From the NCBI RefSeq assembly GCF_006345805.1, contig NC_043004.1:59830001-59894000 (forward strand): a stretch of 64,000 bases of DNA. The letters are read 5' to 3'. Below, piece after piece: positions 1 to 13,648 of this stretch. The translations under genes and the position numbers were made by a program. Source of the DNA: Octopus sinensis. Taxonomy: Eukaryota. The number at the start of each line of letters is the position of its first letter. Position 1 is the stretch's first letter. The notes below the pieces were generated by a model, which was not told the DNA's origin, did no database searches, and saw only the letters and a list, made by a program, of their open reading frames with translations.

Positions 1-208
1 AGGTACCCACGTCCTGTCCTAAAGATTCAGTGACAGTGTTTCAGCTCACCGTTACCAATCGAATCATTGAACATGTTATATTCAGTTAACTATGTTCTGA
101 GTTCAGATCATAACGTAGTTAAGATCATTTCTTTACTTTGTTTTATTATACCATTGTTTCCCCAAATAGTAATATTCCCCAAATAGCACTATTATTATTA
201 TTATTATT

Positions 209-1949
209 CAGTAGTTTTATTTTTATAGCGTGCTTTCACTTCACTACCGAGCACAGCTCTGTGTGCCTTGGGTATGTGCTGTGATTTGTTGTGATGCTCT
301 GATGGTTATTGTATGGAAAGTGTTCTGCGTAGGATGTGTGCAGTGCCTAGTAGTGCAATTTTCTGTATGTTATATGTGTTTGTAAGTCCTGGTGTTTTTG
401 TTATGTATTTGTCTGAATATTTTTTTATCATGCCTAATGCACCTACTATGATAGGAATTGTTTCTGTTTTCAGATTCCACATTCTAGTTACCTCTATTTC
501 CAGGTCTTTGTATTTTGAGAGTTTCTACATTTCTTTTAGAGACACGTTGTCATCAGCCGGTATTGATACATCAATTAGAAAGCATTTTTTTTCTTCATGA
601 TCTCTGACAACTATATCGGGTCTGTTGGCCTTAATTTCTCTGTCTGTGTGTATCGGCGTATCCCAGAGTATGGTTGCTTTCTCGTTTTCTGTGACCTTTT
701 CTGGTGTGTGCCTATACCATCTTTTTTCTGTCGTTATTCCATAATGTTGGCATAGCTTCCAATGTATGTAGGTTCCAACTCTGTCATGTCTGTGAATATA
801 TTCCTTCTTAGCCAAGACTGGGCAGCTAGAGATAATATGATTTATTGTTTCTTGTCCATCTCCACATATTCTGCAGTTACTTGTAATATTTCTTTTCATT
901 ACATGTTTTTGGTAATTTCTGGTGGGGAGGCTTTGGTCTTGTGCTGCAATTAAAAATCCCTCTGTTTCTGCTTTGAGTCCTGAGCTTCTCAACCATTGGT
1001 GGGGTTTTTCTTTGTTTATTTCTTTTGCGTTTAGTTTAGTGCAGTATTTACCATGAAGGGGCTTTTCTTGCCATCGTTTATCATGGTTCGTTGCTGTTCT
1101 ATTTTTAGTTTGGATTTCATTTGTTTTATAGCTTTTGTTGTTTCTTCATCTTCTTCTTCTTCTCCATGTTTATTAGGTGGTATGATTTCTTGTTGGTATT
1201 TGTCAGCTTCCTTAAATACTGAGAACAGTTTTTGTTTTGCTCGTGTTTTGCCGCTATCTGGATCAGTTTTCCTTCCTTCTGAAGTAGATATTTTTGCAGT
1301 CCTATGGTGGTTATTTTATAGTAGTTTTCCAGCTGTATAAGACCTCTACCACATTCTATACGTTGTATATATATAGTCTTTCTATGTCAGATTTTGGGTG
1401 ATGCATCCTAGATCCTGTCATTATTTTTCTTGTTTTCCTATCTATTTTGGTCAGTTCATTTCGTGTCCAGTTAAGGATATTGTAGCTGTAACTTATAACT
1501 GGGACAGCTAAAGTGTTGATACCTATTATCTTGTTTTTAGCATTGAGCTCTGTGTTTAGTATTGATCTAACTCGTCTATAATATTCTTTTTTTATTTTCT
1601 CTTTCATTTGTGGTGTTGTGTCTTATCTAGTTCATGGATTCCTAAGTATTTGTAAGTTTGGCTTTGGTCTAATTCTTTTATTTCATTGGTTTTATCTAGT
1701 GTGATGTTGTTACTCTTAACTAGTTTTCCTCTTTTCAGGGTTACTTTGGCGCATTTTTCTAATCCAAATTTCATATCTATTTCTTTGGTAAATCCATGAA
1801 CTGTCTTTAATAGTGTTTCCAGCTGTTTGTCATTTGCAGCGTATAGTTTTATGTCATCCATATATAAAATGTGGCTGATCGTTTTGCCGTAACATTTATA
1901 TCCGCATCCAGTTCTATTTAGCATATCAGATAGAGGTGACAGTGCCAAG

Positions 1950-1951
<2 letters not shown>
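209..1951 (-). mobile_element. R4/Dong-type non-LTR retrotransposon, family A, 5'-truncated (RT C-half, CCHC knuckle, RLE, 3'UTR), inactivated
   Basis: Minus ORFs give ISHILYMDDIKLY (RT YxDD), LAVPVISYS...HHPKSDIERLY, CRICGDGQETINHIISSC (CCHC) and RPDIVV...LIDVSIP (PD..D RLE). Visible lesions: frameshift near 1605, TA-slippage frameshift near 1365, GAG>TAG stop at 525-527. (TTA)n on both sides (190-208, 1952-2118). Confidence 0.93.
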
Positions 1952-2017
<66 letters not shown>

Positions 2018-2072
2018 CTTATTATTATTATTATTATTATTATTATCATTATTATTATTATTATTATTATTA

Positions 2073-2118
<46 letters not shown>
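1952..2118. repeat. (TTA)n microsatellite abutting the 5' truncation of family A
   Basis: Direct reading. Confidence 0.98.
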
Positions 2119-2509
2119 TTACTTTTAATTCATTGCAAGCAAATGTAGTTTCAAATGTTTTTGACGCAAATTTCATTAACTCATGAGAGACAAGAAAATA
2201 ATATGAATTTGGGCTTATGAAAACTGAGCCAGAAAATATAAAGAAGCTTAATCAAATAGTTCATAGCTTACATGGTAGGACATAGTTATTCGATTATTCT
2301 ATTTCACGATGTCTCTACTGAATTATTAGGTAAAACTCTTTTTTGTAAAAAGATACGTTACAAAATGTGAATTTTGATTTGGTAAATACAATTATAATGA
2401 GGTGAAAGTAGTAAAAAGTAGTTAAAGAACGTGTGACTTAATTCTGTCCTTCAGTATAGCCCATTTCCCAGTAAAGGAGGCAAACCGTCTGAGAGATTTG
2501 CATTAGATA

Positions 2510-2590
2510 TAAGGGTACGCGTGTCTGTAGAGTGCTCAACCACTTGCTCGGATCAACTGGAACTGTTGTCATAACGGAAGGAATGACACT
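2510..2590 (+). mobile_element. Fragment of the S2 tail-1 sequence
   Basis: aagggtacgcgtgtctgtagagtgctcaaccactt...cggatcaactggaac matches the 3' part of the S2 copies near 48533-48646 and 49395-49510. Confidence 0.6.
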
Positions 2591-2591
2591 T

Positions 2592-2804
2592 ACTTTTTAC
2601 CCTTTTACTTGTTTCAGTCATGTGACTGTGGCCATGCTGGAGCACCGCCTTTAGTCGAGCAAACCGACCCCGGGACTTATTCTTTGTAAGCCTAGTACTT
2701 ATTCTATCAGTCTCTTTTGCCGAACCGCTAAGTGACGGGGACCTAAACACACCAGCATCAGTTGTCAAGCAATGCTATGGAGACAAACACAAACACATAA
2801 ACAT

Positions 2805-2835
<31 letters not shown>

Positions 2836-3026
2836 CACCACACACACACATATGTATACATATATACGACGGGTTTTGAGTTTCCGTCTGCCAAATCCAC
2901 TCACAAGGTTTTGGTCGGCCCGATGCTATAGTAGAAGACACTTGCCCAAGATGCCACGCAGTGGGACTGAACCCGGAACCATGTGCTTGGTAAGCAAGCT
3001 ACTTACCACACAGCCACTCCTGCGCC
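2592..3026 (-). mobile_element. S1 SINE (tRNA-like head, internal (TA)/(TG) microsatellite, GTAAAAGA-type tail), full length
   Basis: Minus strand begins ggcgcaggagtggctgtgtgg (A-box-like) and contains ccgggttcagtccc (B-box-like). Same sequence recurs more than 10 times in the window. Confidence 0.9.
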
Positions 3027-3961
3027 TTTACATTGTATATATTAATATATACATTATATACATTAGTAAACAAATACTCCCAAATTTCTGCGATGTATCC
3101 CCAACATAATATATATTAATTGAGAGCTACGTGTGATGTTGCTTTGATTTAAAGAACAAAAATCCATAACTAAAGCTGAAACGTTAATTAACCTTCTATA
3201 AACATCTCCATCGTAATGACATTTATCTATGATGAAATTCAGGCCCGTTCGATAGAAGAAATTAATAATTGTTCAGATATTCTGCAAAACTTAGTTCCAG
3301 CCATAAATGCTTCGTTGTTATAGCATATAAATATTTGTATGTTCATTATTTTAATATCAATATACGAGTGATATATTTGCAAGTAAAAGATGGTGGAGAT
3401 TTATACACTTTGGAATTATTTCTATTATGAAAGCAATTTCTAGATCCTTACTTTGCTTATTTTATGTTTTATAATGTAATGACACAGCATTTAATTATTT
3501 CACAAACTGAGATGATTGACTGGCAAGGAAATTCATATGCCATCAAGAAACTGAATTCGAACAATTTATATTTATGAAATAAATTAAAATCTTCATGAAT
3601 GAATCATGTCATTTCAGTGCGTGTTGTTATAGTCGTATTTACTCTGAGATGAACTCATATACACGCCAAATAATTTCGCCCGTGCAACCACCTCATACAG
3701 GCGCGCACAGACACACGCTTATAAGTATGCATCTATGTATGTATGTATGTAAATACGTGTGTGTGCATGTGTGTATTATGCTTTATTATTAAAGCTACAA
3801 AAATATCACAAAAACTACTACTCAGAGTCGGATACTTTAAATTGAGAATGTATATATGTATATATATAAGTTTGAAAATCTAAACATAAGCAAGACATAG
3901 GAATGGAGAGAAAACACACGGTAGATATGAACGTTCTCATTCCTCATATATATATGTATAT

Positions 3962-4690
3962 GCGGGATGCGGTGAATAAATTGTCGTCTAAATTACGCAA
4001 AAATGATAATAACACTGACGTCTCATTTTAACAGATATATTTCCCGAATCACATAAAAATATGTTGAAATACAAAAGAGTAAATGTATTCAATAAAATTG
4101 CCATTGGCTTCATTCAAGGCCTCCAGACGACTTCGGAATCTCGTTTAACTCCTTGTTTAAGCTTATGACTGCTACCATAATCCTTGCCTTCAGTTCATCT
4201 TCGGTGTTGCTAGGTGTTTTGTTGGTGTCTCCCTTAACTACACCCCACACATAATAATCAAGGGGCTACTGGTCTAGGGAGTAAGGTGGCCAGATGTTGA
4301 GGGTGGTGTGGTTGCAGTAACTGCCTCATAGCCATAACTTGGTTCTCCTGTTTGTGTGGCATGGTGCAGAGTCCTTTTGCTAGACTTAGGATCTCCCAGC
4401 AGCCACCGTCTTCACCCAGGGCAGTACTACCTCCACTTGGCAATTTATGTTGGCCTCCGTGTTAAATCTGAGGCCGTGTGGGAAGATGAATGGATGCATA
4501 ACGTCGCTGTCGCTAGTGATCACTCCAAACACCATGATGTTCACGTACTCCTGATACATGTCCACAGATTGCACTGTCCTGAGATTGACACCCAATGCGA
4601 AGCAGTACAGTATGTTGTTTCCAAATTTCTGGCTGAGAGAATTGCGTGGCGGTGTAGTTTTCCTCACAGACGGTGCCTAACTGACCCTAG
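3962..4690 (-). mobile_element. Tc1/mariner DD37D (maT-like) transposase relic with 3' terminus
   Basis: Minus translation: IMVFGVITSDSDVMHPFIFPHGL...QKDSAPCHT...IWPPYSLDQ*PLDYYVWG...DELKARIM. The second and third D are 37 residues apart; several in-frame stops. Ends in TA repeat near 3960. Confidence 0.82.
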
Positions 4691-4721
4691 TTGACAAATT
4701 CTAAAATATACAACGTGCATA

Positions 4722-4752
4722 GAACCTATGAACTTTTCAGCCGACCCGTGTA
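4722..4752 (-). mobile_element. Isolated mariner-type terminal inverted repeat fragment
   Basis: Reverse complement tacacgggtcggctgaaaagttcatagg resembles gtctactggaaagttcacagg at the end of the mariner at about 18342; ends in TA. Confidence 0.45.
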
Positions 4753-4859
4753 TGTATGTGTATATATAACAAAAAAAAAACCTAGTTCTAAAATCTAAGA
4801 GATCAATGCAGTGGTCGTACTAAAAGATAATTTCCGTAGCTACTTCAACATGGCTTTAA

Positions 4860-4903
<44 letters not shown>

Positions 4904-5102
4904 CACCTGCCTTCGTCTTTTGTTTATTTCCGTAAACCTGCCTTCGTCTTTTATCTATTTTCATAAAGCTTCCCGTTATATATATATATAAAGAGATTAG
5001 TGTATTTTTACCTTGTTAACAATTAACACGGAAAAAATAAATAAATAGTTACCAGGGCAGCAAAAGTCTCACCTGCGTTAACTCCCTTTTTCATTCATAT
5101 AT

Positions 5103-5188
<86 letters not shown>

Positions 5189-5189
5189 T

Positions 5190-5607
5190 GTTTTGTCTGG
5201 GGAGAATCATTCTCTTTTTGTGCTTTATAATGTAACACACTCACCAGTAAAAGTTCCACATTTTTCTTATTTTTATTTTCCTAAGGTTTTCGTAGCGTCT
5301 TGCAAACTTTTCAATAGTTTTGACTCTGTCCATTATTTACACTGCATTCCCTTGAAAAGGAAACGCAGATTTTCGAAATCCAATGAATCTTTATACAATT
5401 ACGAAATTTTACAAATACATTTTCTCAACGAGATATGATATACCTATTATAATGGGTAATACTACATGTACTTTTCATATTTTTTATAGTGTGATGTAAC
5501 TCTTTGGAATAACAATAATTGTGGCCGAAGAGAGTTTAAAACCATATTTTATATCTATTATACACTGATGTAAGATATCCTTTGTGTTCTGTTTTTGATT
5601 TTATTTG
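5190..5607. mobile_element. Non-coding repeat-like segment between (TA)n tracts, possibly a Penelope-like relic
   Basis: Unique-looking block bounded by (TA)n on both sides, like the better-supported blocks at 30.5, 46.2 and 60.7 kb; no ORF homology seen. Confidence 0.3.
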
Positions 5608-5648
5608 ATATATACATACATACATACATATATATATATACATACATG

Positions 5649-5680
<32 letters not shown>

Positions 5681-5689
5681 TATATATAC

Positions 5690-5730
<41 letters not shown>

Positions 5731-5787
5731 TACATGTATATATATATATATAATATATATATATATATATACATATATACATGTATA

Positions 5788-5822
<35 letters not shown>

Positions 5823-5835
5823 ATATATATTATAT

Positions 5836-6605
<770 letters not shown>

Positions 6606-6964
6606 GAATGAAGACATCCGTCAATCTTAAGAGAATTTGGATCTTATCTAGAAAATTTGTGTCATCTGCTGATGTTGGTGCAACGTCTGTTGTGCTCATT
6701 CAGGCGGACACACCAGTAGCAACCTCGCATGCGTTTGAAGAATAACTCTGCTGACGCTACTGATTTTCCCTTTCTTCGAGCGCGCTTTTCTCTACTGGCA
6801 AGTTCCACTTTCTCTACCTCTTACGCTATAACACTTGTGTAGTATTTTCTCCAGTGTGGTCGATTATGTGCAATCCCCTCTCATTTAAGGACATCAAGAT
6901 ATTTCGATTTTTTTTTATCTCTCTTGCCAATGTCCTTCAAACGAAGATGAGGTCGTCCTCGTGC

Positions 6965-7232
6965 CTGTCGACCCCAGGAATTACTTTTTGCAAGCCTAGT
7001 ACTTATATCGGAATCTTTTGTCGAACAGCTACGCAAAATCGGTTGATGGAGGAACAAACACAGACACACAAACATACGCGCACACACATACAAACGGGCT
7101 TCTTTCAGTTTCCGTTTACCAAATCCACTCTTTGGTCGGCTCGAGGCTATAGAAGAAGACACTTGCCCATGGTGACATGCAATTGAACTGAACCCGGAAA
7201 TATATTGTTGGTTAGCAAGCTACTTACTACAG
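6965..7232 (-). mobile_element. S1 SINE, degenerate
   Basis: acgggcttctttcagtttccgtttaccaaatccactc...gaagacacttgccc...ttagcaagctacttac. Confidence 0.8.
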
Positions 7233-7789
7233 TCAACGTTTCTTTTAGAACGTTGTGAAAAAGTCCATATAATTCATTGTGTGCAGGCAATATCCTACTT
7301 GTGATGCATATTATTTGCTCTTGATATTAATTAAATCATCTTCCACCTGCTAGTTTTAAAGTTTGTTTGATCAATAATTGAGTTGTCAAACTGACTCCAC
7401 AACATGCTGGTATATATCATGATAGAGATGCAAGACTTCACACTGTATAAGCTCTTAATTAGACTCTTTGAAAGCAGGTAACATAATAGCTCTAAATAAA
7501 CATAAAATATACTAATATATCATAAGTAATATGATTTTTCCAGAATTTCGGCAAACATCATTTGCGAAGTCAGAACGTTTTAAAATCTGTTTTAACCGAG
7601 AGGTAAGTAAATTCCCATCATTTGGCACGCCAATTAAGTCACTTAAATACGTAACATTCAATTAGTAATTTTGGTCGAATCAGTTTTCACTCTCCTCAAT
7701 TCATTTCACATGAGGGATATATAAATGTATTTCAATGACGTAAAAGTCTCGAACATGATATCTAGCAGAGCCTGTAGATAAATTTTATT

Positions 7790-7806
7790 TGTATTATTAT
7801 TATTAC

Positions 7807-7880
<74 letters not shown>

Positions 7881-7887
7881 TATTATT
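7790..7887. repeat. (TTA)n microsatellite, tail of family B
   Basis: Direct reading. Confidence 0.98.
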
Positions 7888-8590
7888 CTATGTTTGACTT
7901 TTGCTTTATGTCTGTACAAGTTGGCTCCAAGTCTCACCCAGAGACCTCAAGAGACAACAGGTTGGAAGTTCTGTGCCATATATTTGGGGGGTTTTTTGGG
8001 GATTTTTTTTGGTGTTGTACTAGTGAATGTCTAATACATAAAAATAAAAAATAAATAAATAAAAAATAAAAATAAAAATAAAAAAAAAGTTTGTTTTAAA
8101 CCTTGGGATTACATAGAGGGTATTTTGCGTAGGATATGAGCAGTTCCCATGAGCACCATCTTTGGAATTTCTGCCATTTTGGGGTTTTCTGGTATCTGAG
8201 TTAGGTAGCAATCTGTCCCTTTCGCTATCATTCCCAGGGCACCTATGACAACAGGTATTGTTTTAGTCTTCAGCTTCCACATTTTGCTGATTTCTATTTC
8301 AAGATCATTATATTTGCTCAGTTTTTGGTAGGTCTTGACAGATACGTTTATATCGATTGGGACAGTCATATCAATGAGGAGGCATGTTCTTTGTTTGAAG
8401 TCTTTCAATATGATGTCTGGCCTCTTTGCATCTATCTTTCTGTCAGTTTGAATGGTGAAGTTCCAGAGGAGTGAGATGTGGTCATTTTCAAGCACAGGAG
8501 GTGGATTGTGTTCTCACCAGTTTTTTCATGGGGCAAATCTAGGTTTTTGCAAATTACCCAGTGAATATATTGTGCAACTGTATCATGCCT
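7888..8590 (-). mobile_element. R4/Dong-type LINE family B, 3' fragment (RLE plus 3'UTR)
   Basis: RHDTVAQYIHW, then ORF 8109-8495: LLWNFTIQTDRKIDAKRPDIILKD...LIDMTVP...KYNDLEIEISKMW...IPVVIGALG...GTAHILRK. (TAA)n at both ends. Confidence 0.92.
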
Positions 8591-8611
8591 ATTATTATTA
8601 TTATTATTATT

Positions 8612-9025
8612 GAGTGAGAGAGCGGTGCATGCCATCAAAGTGACACTGGGGTAAAATATACGAAGCCCAATATACCCATCATGACTACCCGTCTGATAAA
8701 GGTACACCAGGCATATGCATCACAACCATATGTGCGCGACATGGTGATCTCAGATCAAGATAAACAGCACATGACCTTGCAGGTGGGGCCCAGTTAGAAT
8801 TTTCTTCAGGTTGAGTAGCCTATCCCGCTCAAAAGGTCCCTGAATAAGGGTTGTTTAAGGATGTTGAAAGAACCACCCATGTTTCCAGAGGTGAATTATT
8901 CAGACCCCAAAGAATCTCTCTCAACACATGGCTATGATGCTCCCCCACTACTTCTGCTCGTGATCAGAGATGCACATATCGTCAGCCACTAAGGGACATG
9001 CTCAACTGGTTAAGGTCAAACAATT

Positions 9026-9026
<1 letters not shown>
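8612..9026 (-). mobile_element. Element E copy 1 (non-coding, 5'-truncated), in (TAA)n
   Basis: Reverse complement of the copies at 43267, 43945 and 58414; ends ctctctcactc+(AAT)n on the minus strand. Confidence 0.9.
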
Positions 9027-9093
<67 letters not shown>

Positions 9094-9107
9094 GTTATTA
9101 TTATTAT

Positions 9108-10880
9108 GTGCTTTTAATCTGCATGTTTGTTACAATCACCCACCCGAGGACGCCGGGTGAAGGATAAACGATGTTATAGTTTGGCTGAAAGCTTGGGGAA
9201 GGGAATTGGTAGGTGCAGTTGTGAAATATCTTCATGTAATACAAAACAGACATTGAAATTGGTAAGGTTTTTCTAAGGATGTGGGCAGTACTTGTCAGCA
9301 CAATCTTATGGATTTCTTTATGGTTCTCCTGAGATATTATCTAGATCTTTCTGACATCCCCTTTTTTTCATAAATAGGGAACCCACAATAACAGGAACAT
9401 TTCTTAATTTTAGATGCCATCTCTTTTGTATTTCATTTTCCAGGTCCTTATATTTATTCAATTTGTCAAATTCCCTTACCGATATTTTTTTTTTCGGTGG
9501 CAACGTTTACATCCATTAGTCTACAGGTATTTTTTATTTCCTGTCTTTAATGAGTATGTCTGGTCGATTAGCCTGGATCTTTCTGTCAATGTTGAGTGGA
9601 AAATCCCCGAGGATAGTGACATCTTTACTTTTAACGAATGCTCCAAGACGATGTTCATACCAGTAAGCAAGAGTGCTGGTTTTGTCGTGTTTACATATTT
9701 TCCGATGTAAATATTGTCCTACACTACCGTGTTGATTTTCGTCTTCGCTTGGTGCCAGCTTAGGACATCCCGAGACGTGATAATCTATTGTTACATGAAA
9801 TTTATAACAGAATCTGCATTTAGGGTCAGAATCGTATTGAAGAAAGTTAGCCTAGTAGATTTTAGTAAGAAAGCTTTGATCTTGTGCAGCTAATAGTAAA
9901 ACTTCAGTCTCTGCTTTCAGTCCTGAGCTCCCCAGCCATTGTTGGGTTGTTGCTTATTCTACATCAGTATTTCGGCTTCGACGTATATACTGCCAACCGC
10001 TTCTAGATTAGTTTCTGCTTGTTCTATTTTGTAGTCTGTTTGATCCGTTTTACTTGCTTGATGGCAGTGGTTTCTGGATCTTCATCTAATTCAGCGTGAA
10101 TGCCGAGCTCCCTTGCGAACGTGCAAGCTTCCTTTTCCATAGAGTGCGATTATTTGCTGCTTTCGTGAATGTACGCAGCATTCACTCCTCTGAACAAGAT
10201 AAGTACTTGTTCATTGCTACCTACATCATTCCTCATCCCCCATTACCTCTAGGTAGGTACAGGCGATCAACGTCTGCTTTTGGTGCATATTCTTAGATTT
10301 TAGTAGTTTTTTTGTCTTCCTGTCCAAACAGTGGAGCTCTGTAAAACTTAAGTTTATGATATTAAAACTACTGGAAGTGCCAGGGTGTTACTGGCTTGAT
10401 GCGAGTTTCGGAGTTGAGTTCAGTTTTTAGTACGAGGCTTACCCTCCTGTAACGGTCCTTTCTTGTTTTCCTTCATAGTAGGATGTTGTATAACATCTCC
10501 ATTTATATCCAGGTAATAACAACTTTCTTGTGGGTCAAGCTCTCTGATGGCAGTGTCAGTGTCTAATTTAATGGAAGTTGTTTGTTTGAGATTACCTCTT
10601 ACATAAGTTGCTTTACATACTTATGAAGGCTAAAATCCATCCTGATGTCATTGTTGAACTCTTTAACATTTAACAGCCCTACTAACTCTTCGTCATTTCT
10701 AGCAAACAGCTTCAGATCGTCCATATAGAACAGATGGTTTACTATAATATTATACACTTTGGACCCATACCTCATGTTATCCACTTCGTTTGAGTGTGGG
10801 ATCAGTGTCATGTAAGAGAGTAATGAGGAGAGGGAGTCACCTTGAAAGATGTCCTGTTTGATGTTGATGTTGAGAGTGGA
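9108..10880 (-). mobile_element. R4/Dong-type LINE family C, heavily decayed (RT C-half to RLE, 3'UTR)
   Basis: IFQGDSLS and HLFYMDDLKLFA (10599-10916), LDRKTKK...KADVDRLYLPR, KYKDLENEIQKRW...VPVIVGSL (9318-9503), TAHILRKTL. 3' end joins (TAA)n at 9027-9107. Confidence 0.88.
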
Positions 10881-12220
10881 TAGTGTGAGTCGGAGAGAAG
10901 GAACTGGAGAGGGCATTTGTTCATAGGGTTTCAGGGAAAAAACTTTGACGATGGGGTTCCTCGAATATGCCTAGAGGGGTTCCTGTATCTGGAGGACCAC
11001 ATTTCTATGACCCCCCAACACTTTTCTTTCTCTCATCATGCAGTATGCCACTGAATAAAGTAAAAGTAAAAGAAGACCACGGAATTTTCTGTTGTCGTTA
11101 TCGCCTAAATCATTTAGCAAAGCCATGAAACGCTTAATCAAGCTATAGTTATTATTCGTTCATGAGTGACGGCTTGCTGTAATTTAACACCTACAATAAG
11201 AGAATAAACACATTTTCAAACTTAATACTACATTTCTCTTTCTATTTAGGAGTTTTATATTTCCTGCAAAATACAATATTGCTTTGCATATATTGAGAAA
11301 TTATTCGTTCTAGATATATGTCCAGAGAGAATATTTCAGTTACAAATTCATATAATTAGCGTTGTTGTTAATAATAATAGAATTCACATAGAGAATCTGT
11401 ATTTACTTCAACGGTAACAAAAAAAAGTAATTTACAGATTTAATCCTTCTTCGAATTCCATTATGATGCAATAATGGTCATATTTTCTCAGTAACATTCA
11501 GCCTTGCTCATATTAATGTCAAATATTTGCAGTAAACTAGATACGAACGTGGGAAATTATATAAAATACTTCATCTTTTACGTTCTCAACATACCGTTTA
11601 TTTTATTTTCATATCGAAATTACAATTATGTAGCATTGTCATTTAAAACCCAGACGGCATTTAGATATTTAGATATTTAACCTTTGGTTCAGCAGACAGA
11701 CAGCGAAGTTCTTCCCCCGTCACCAATCCTATATTACACATACAATCACGATGCAAATCGAATTCCTAATGACTATATCGTGTGATATCTGGGTAAGTTT
11801 TCCTTAACATATAGGTATATACGTATGTAACCATATACATATATTCACAAAAAAAACATACGTATCGATTTGGATGCGCATACACACATTTATATACACA
11901 CACACTCAAACATATACATGAATATGTACGTATATGTGTGAATATATATATAGATGTATACGCACATGTATTCATATATGTACACACATATATATGTGTG
12001 TGTGTGTGTGCTGGTTTGTGTGTGTGTGTTTACATCTATATGTAGTTATATATATTTATACGTGTATATAAATACTTGTATATTTATATATACACATATA
12101 TATGCGTCTGTGTGTGTGTGTGTTTGTTTTTACGTTCGTTTGTTAGTCATGTAAATATACTTATATATGCGCGCGCGTGTCTGTGTCTAAATATATGTAT
12201 ATCTATCTACCTAAACACAG

Positions 12221-12262
12221 AGATAGATAGATAGATATATAGATAGACTGATTGTTAGATAC

Positions 12263-12328
<66 letters not shown>

Positions 12329-12370
12329 TGTTAGATAGATAGATAGATAGATAGATAGTTAGAGAGGCAG

Positions 12371-12418
<48 letters not shown>
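12221..12418. repeat. (GATA)n microsatellite
   Basis: Direct reading. Confidence 0.98.
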
Positions 12419-13217
12419 CGTTAGAAAAATACCGAAAGAGTGAGACAGACAGCGATGCAAAGACACAGACAGAAAGAGTGACAGAGAGAACGTATTCGAT
12501 CTACTTTGATGCCCGTTATTTAATTATCGCTGATACAGTCTCTTCCATAAATATCGTATTGAATCTCGTCTAAACATTTTCTTATATCTAGGCATCATCT
12601 AATATACCACATATATTAATTGTTCTTGTTATCATATCAAAATCTGTGACCTTGTGTCTACCTGAAAAATACATCTCCTTTATGATGATGATGATGATGA
12701 TGATAATGATCAGCAGCATCACTACCATTATCATCATCATCATCATCATCCTCAACTTTGCCATCTTCTTTGTCTTCTTTCACCTCCTTTTCCTTTTTCA
12801 CCTAAAATTCTCTCATCTAACCTTCATGAAAAATTATACTGTTATGTCAGATTCAACGTTTGTGCTTTGCTTGTACTACGGGTGCATCATTGTGTTCTGT
12901 ATACCACAAGCCTCTATCAGATATATTAACTCTTACTCGTAGCTTTCCGTCGGGTGGGCTATGAGTGTTTAGGAATAACTCGCTCATATTTGAAACAGTG
13001 GTAAGTAATATAGTGGACTATGAATATACGAGTGTTACTCGCGTATCTTTTGAGTGGATGTGGCTATAAAGATCACCTTTACACTCGAGATTCACGAATA
13101 ACTGAGAGAATTGTATTGGCCATGTTCACCGGAATATCTATTGCTGTTTGTGTCGTGCTATATAGCAGTGTTGAATCAGTCAGTTTGTTGGATGAACACA
13201 AAGAAACATCACACTAA

Positions 13218-13475
13218 CACACACACACACACACACACATGTACTCACAACTATGCACACACATACACATATACGCTCTCTCTCTCTATCTCTCTCTCTC
13301 TCACATACACGCATACACACTCTCACTTTCACATGCACACACGCACAAACTCTCACTCACACACATATTCACACAACTTACACATACGCACGCACATACA
13401 CACCTCACTCTCTGTTCTGTGTGTGTGTGTGCGTGTGTCTCTCTCTCTCTCTCTCTTACACACAGACACACATAT
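13218..13475. repeat. Compound (CA)/(CT)/(TG) low-complexity tract
   Basis: Direct reading. Confidence 0.9.
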
Positions 13476-13493
13476 ATTTATACCATAATTTTA

Positions 13494-13648
13494 CCACAGT
13501 TCCCCTCTACTGAATTTACTGACAACTGATTAGTGAGCGCGGGTTTCTAGGAGAATGAACTCACACAAGTTTTCCCGCAATGGAACTGAACCCTAAACCA
13601 CATTGCTTGAAAGCGAGCTCTTCAATATACAGCTATACCCACGTCTAT
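13494..13648 (-). mobile_element. S1 SINE head, very degenerate
   Basis: gcaatggaactgaaccctaaaccaca...atacagctatacccacg resembles gcagtgggactgaacccggaaccatg...cacagccactcctgcg. Confidence 0.5.

Noticed and set aside
313-600. 95-aa ORF repeated on the opposite strand at 44547-44834, suggesting a conserved small protein
   Set aside because: It is the antisense frame of the family A RLE region; conservation reflects element copy identity
2852-3109. Recurrent RRVLSFRLPNPLTR / QIHSQGIGRPGAI peptides in many ORFs
   Set aside because: Translations of the S1 SINE, not a gene family
6667-6750. Hammerhead-like CTGATGT-TGGTG...CACCA-GTAG, and similar traces at about 5905-5935 (minus) and 52290-52350
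   Set aside because: Multiple core positions are wrong and stem I is not identifiable; compatible with chance
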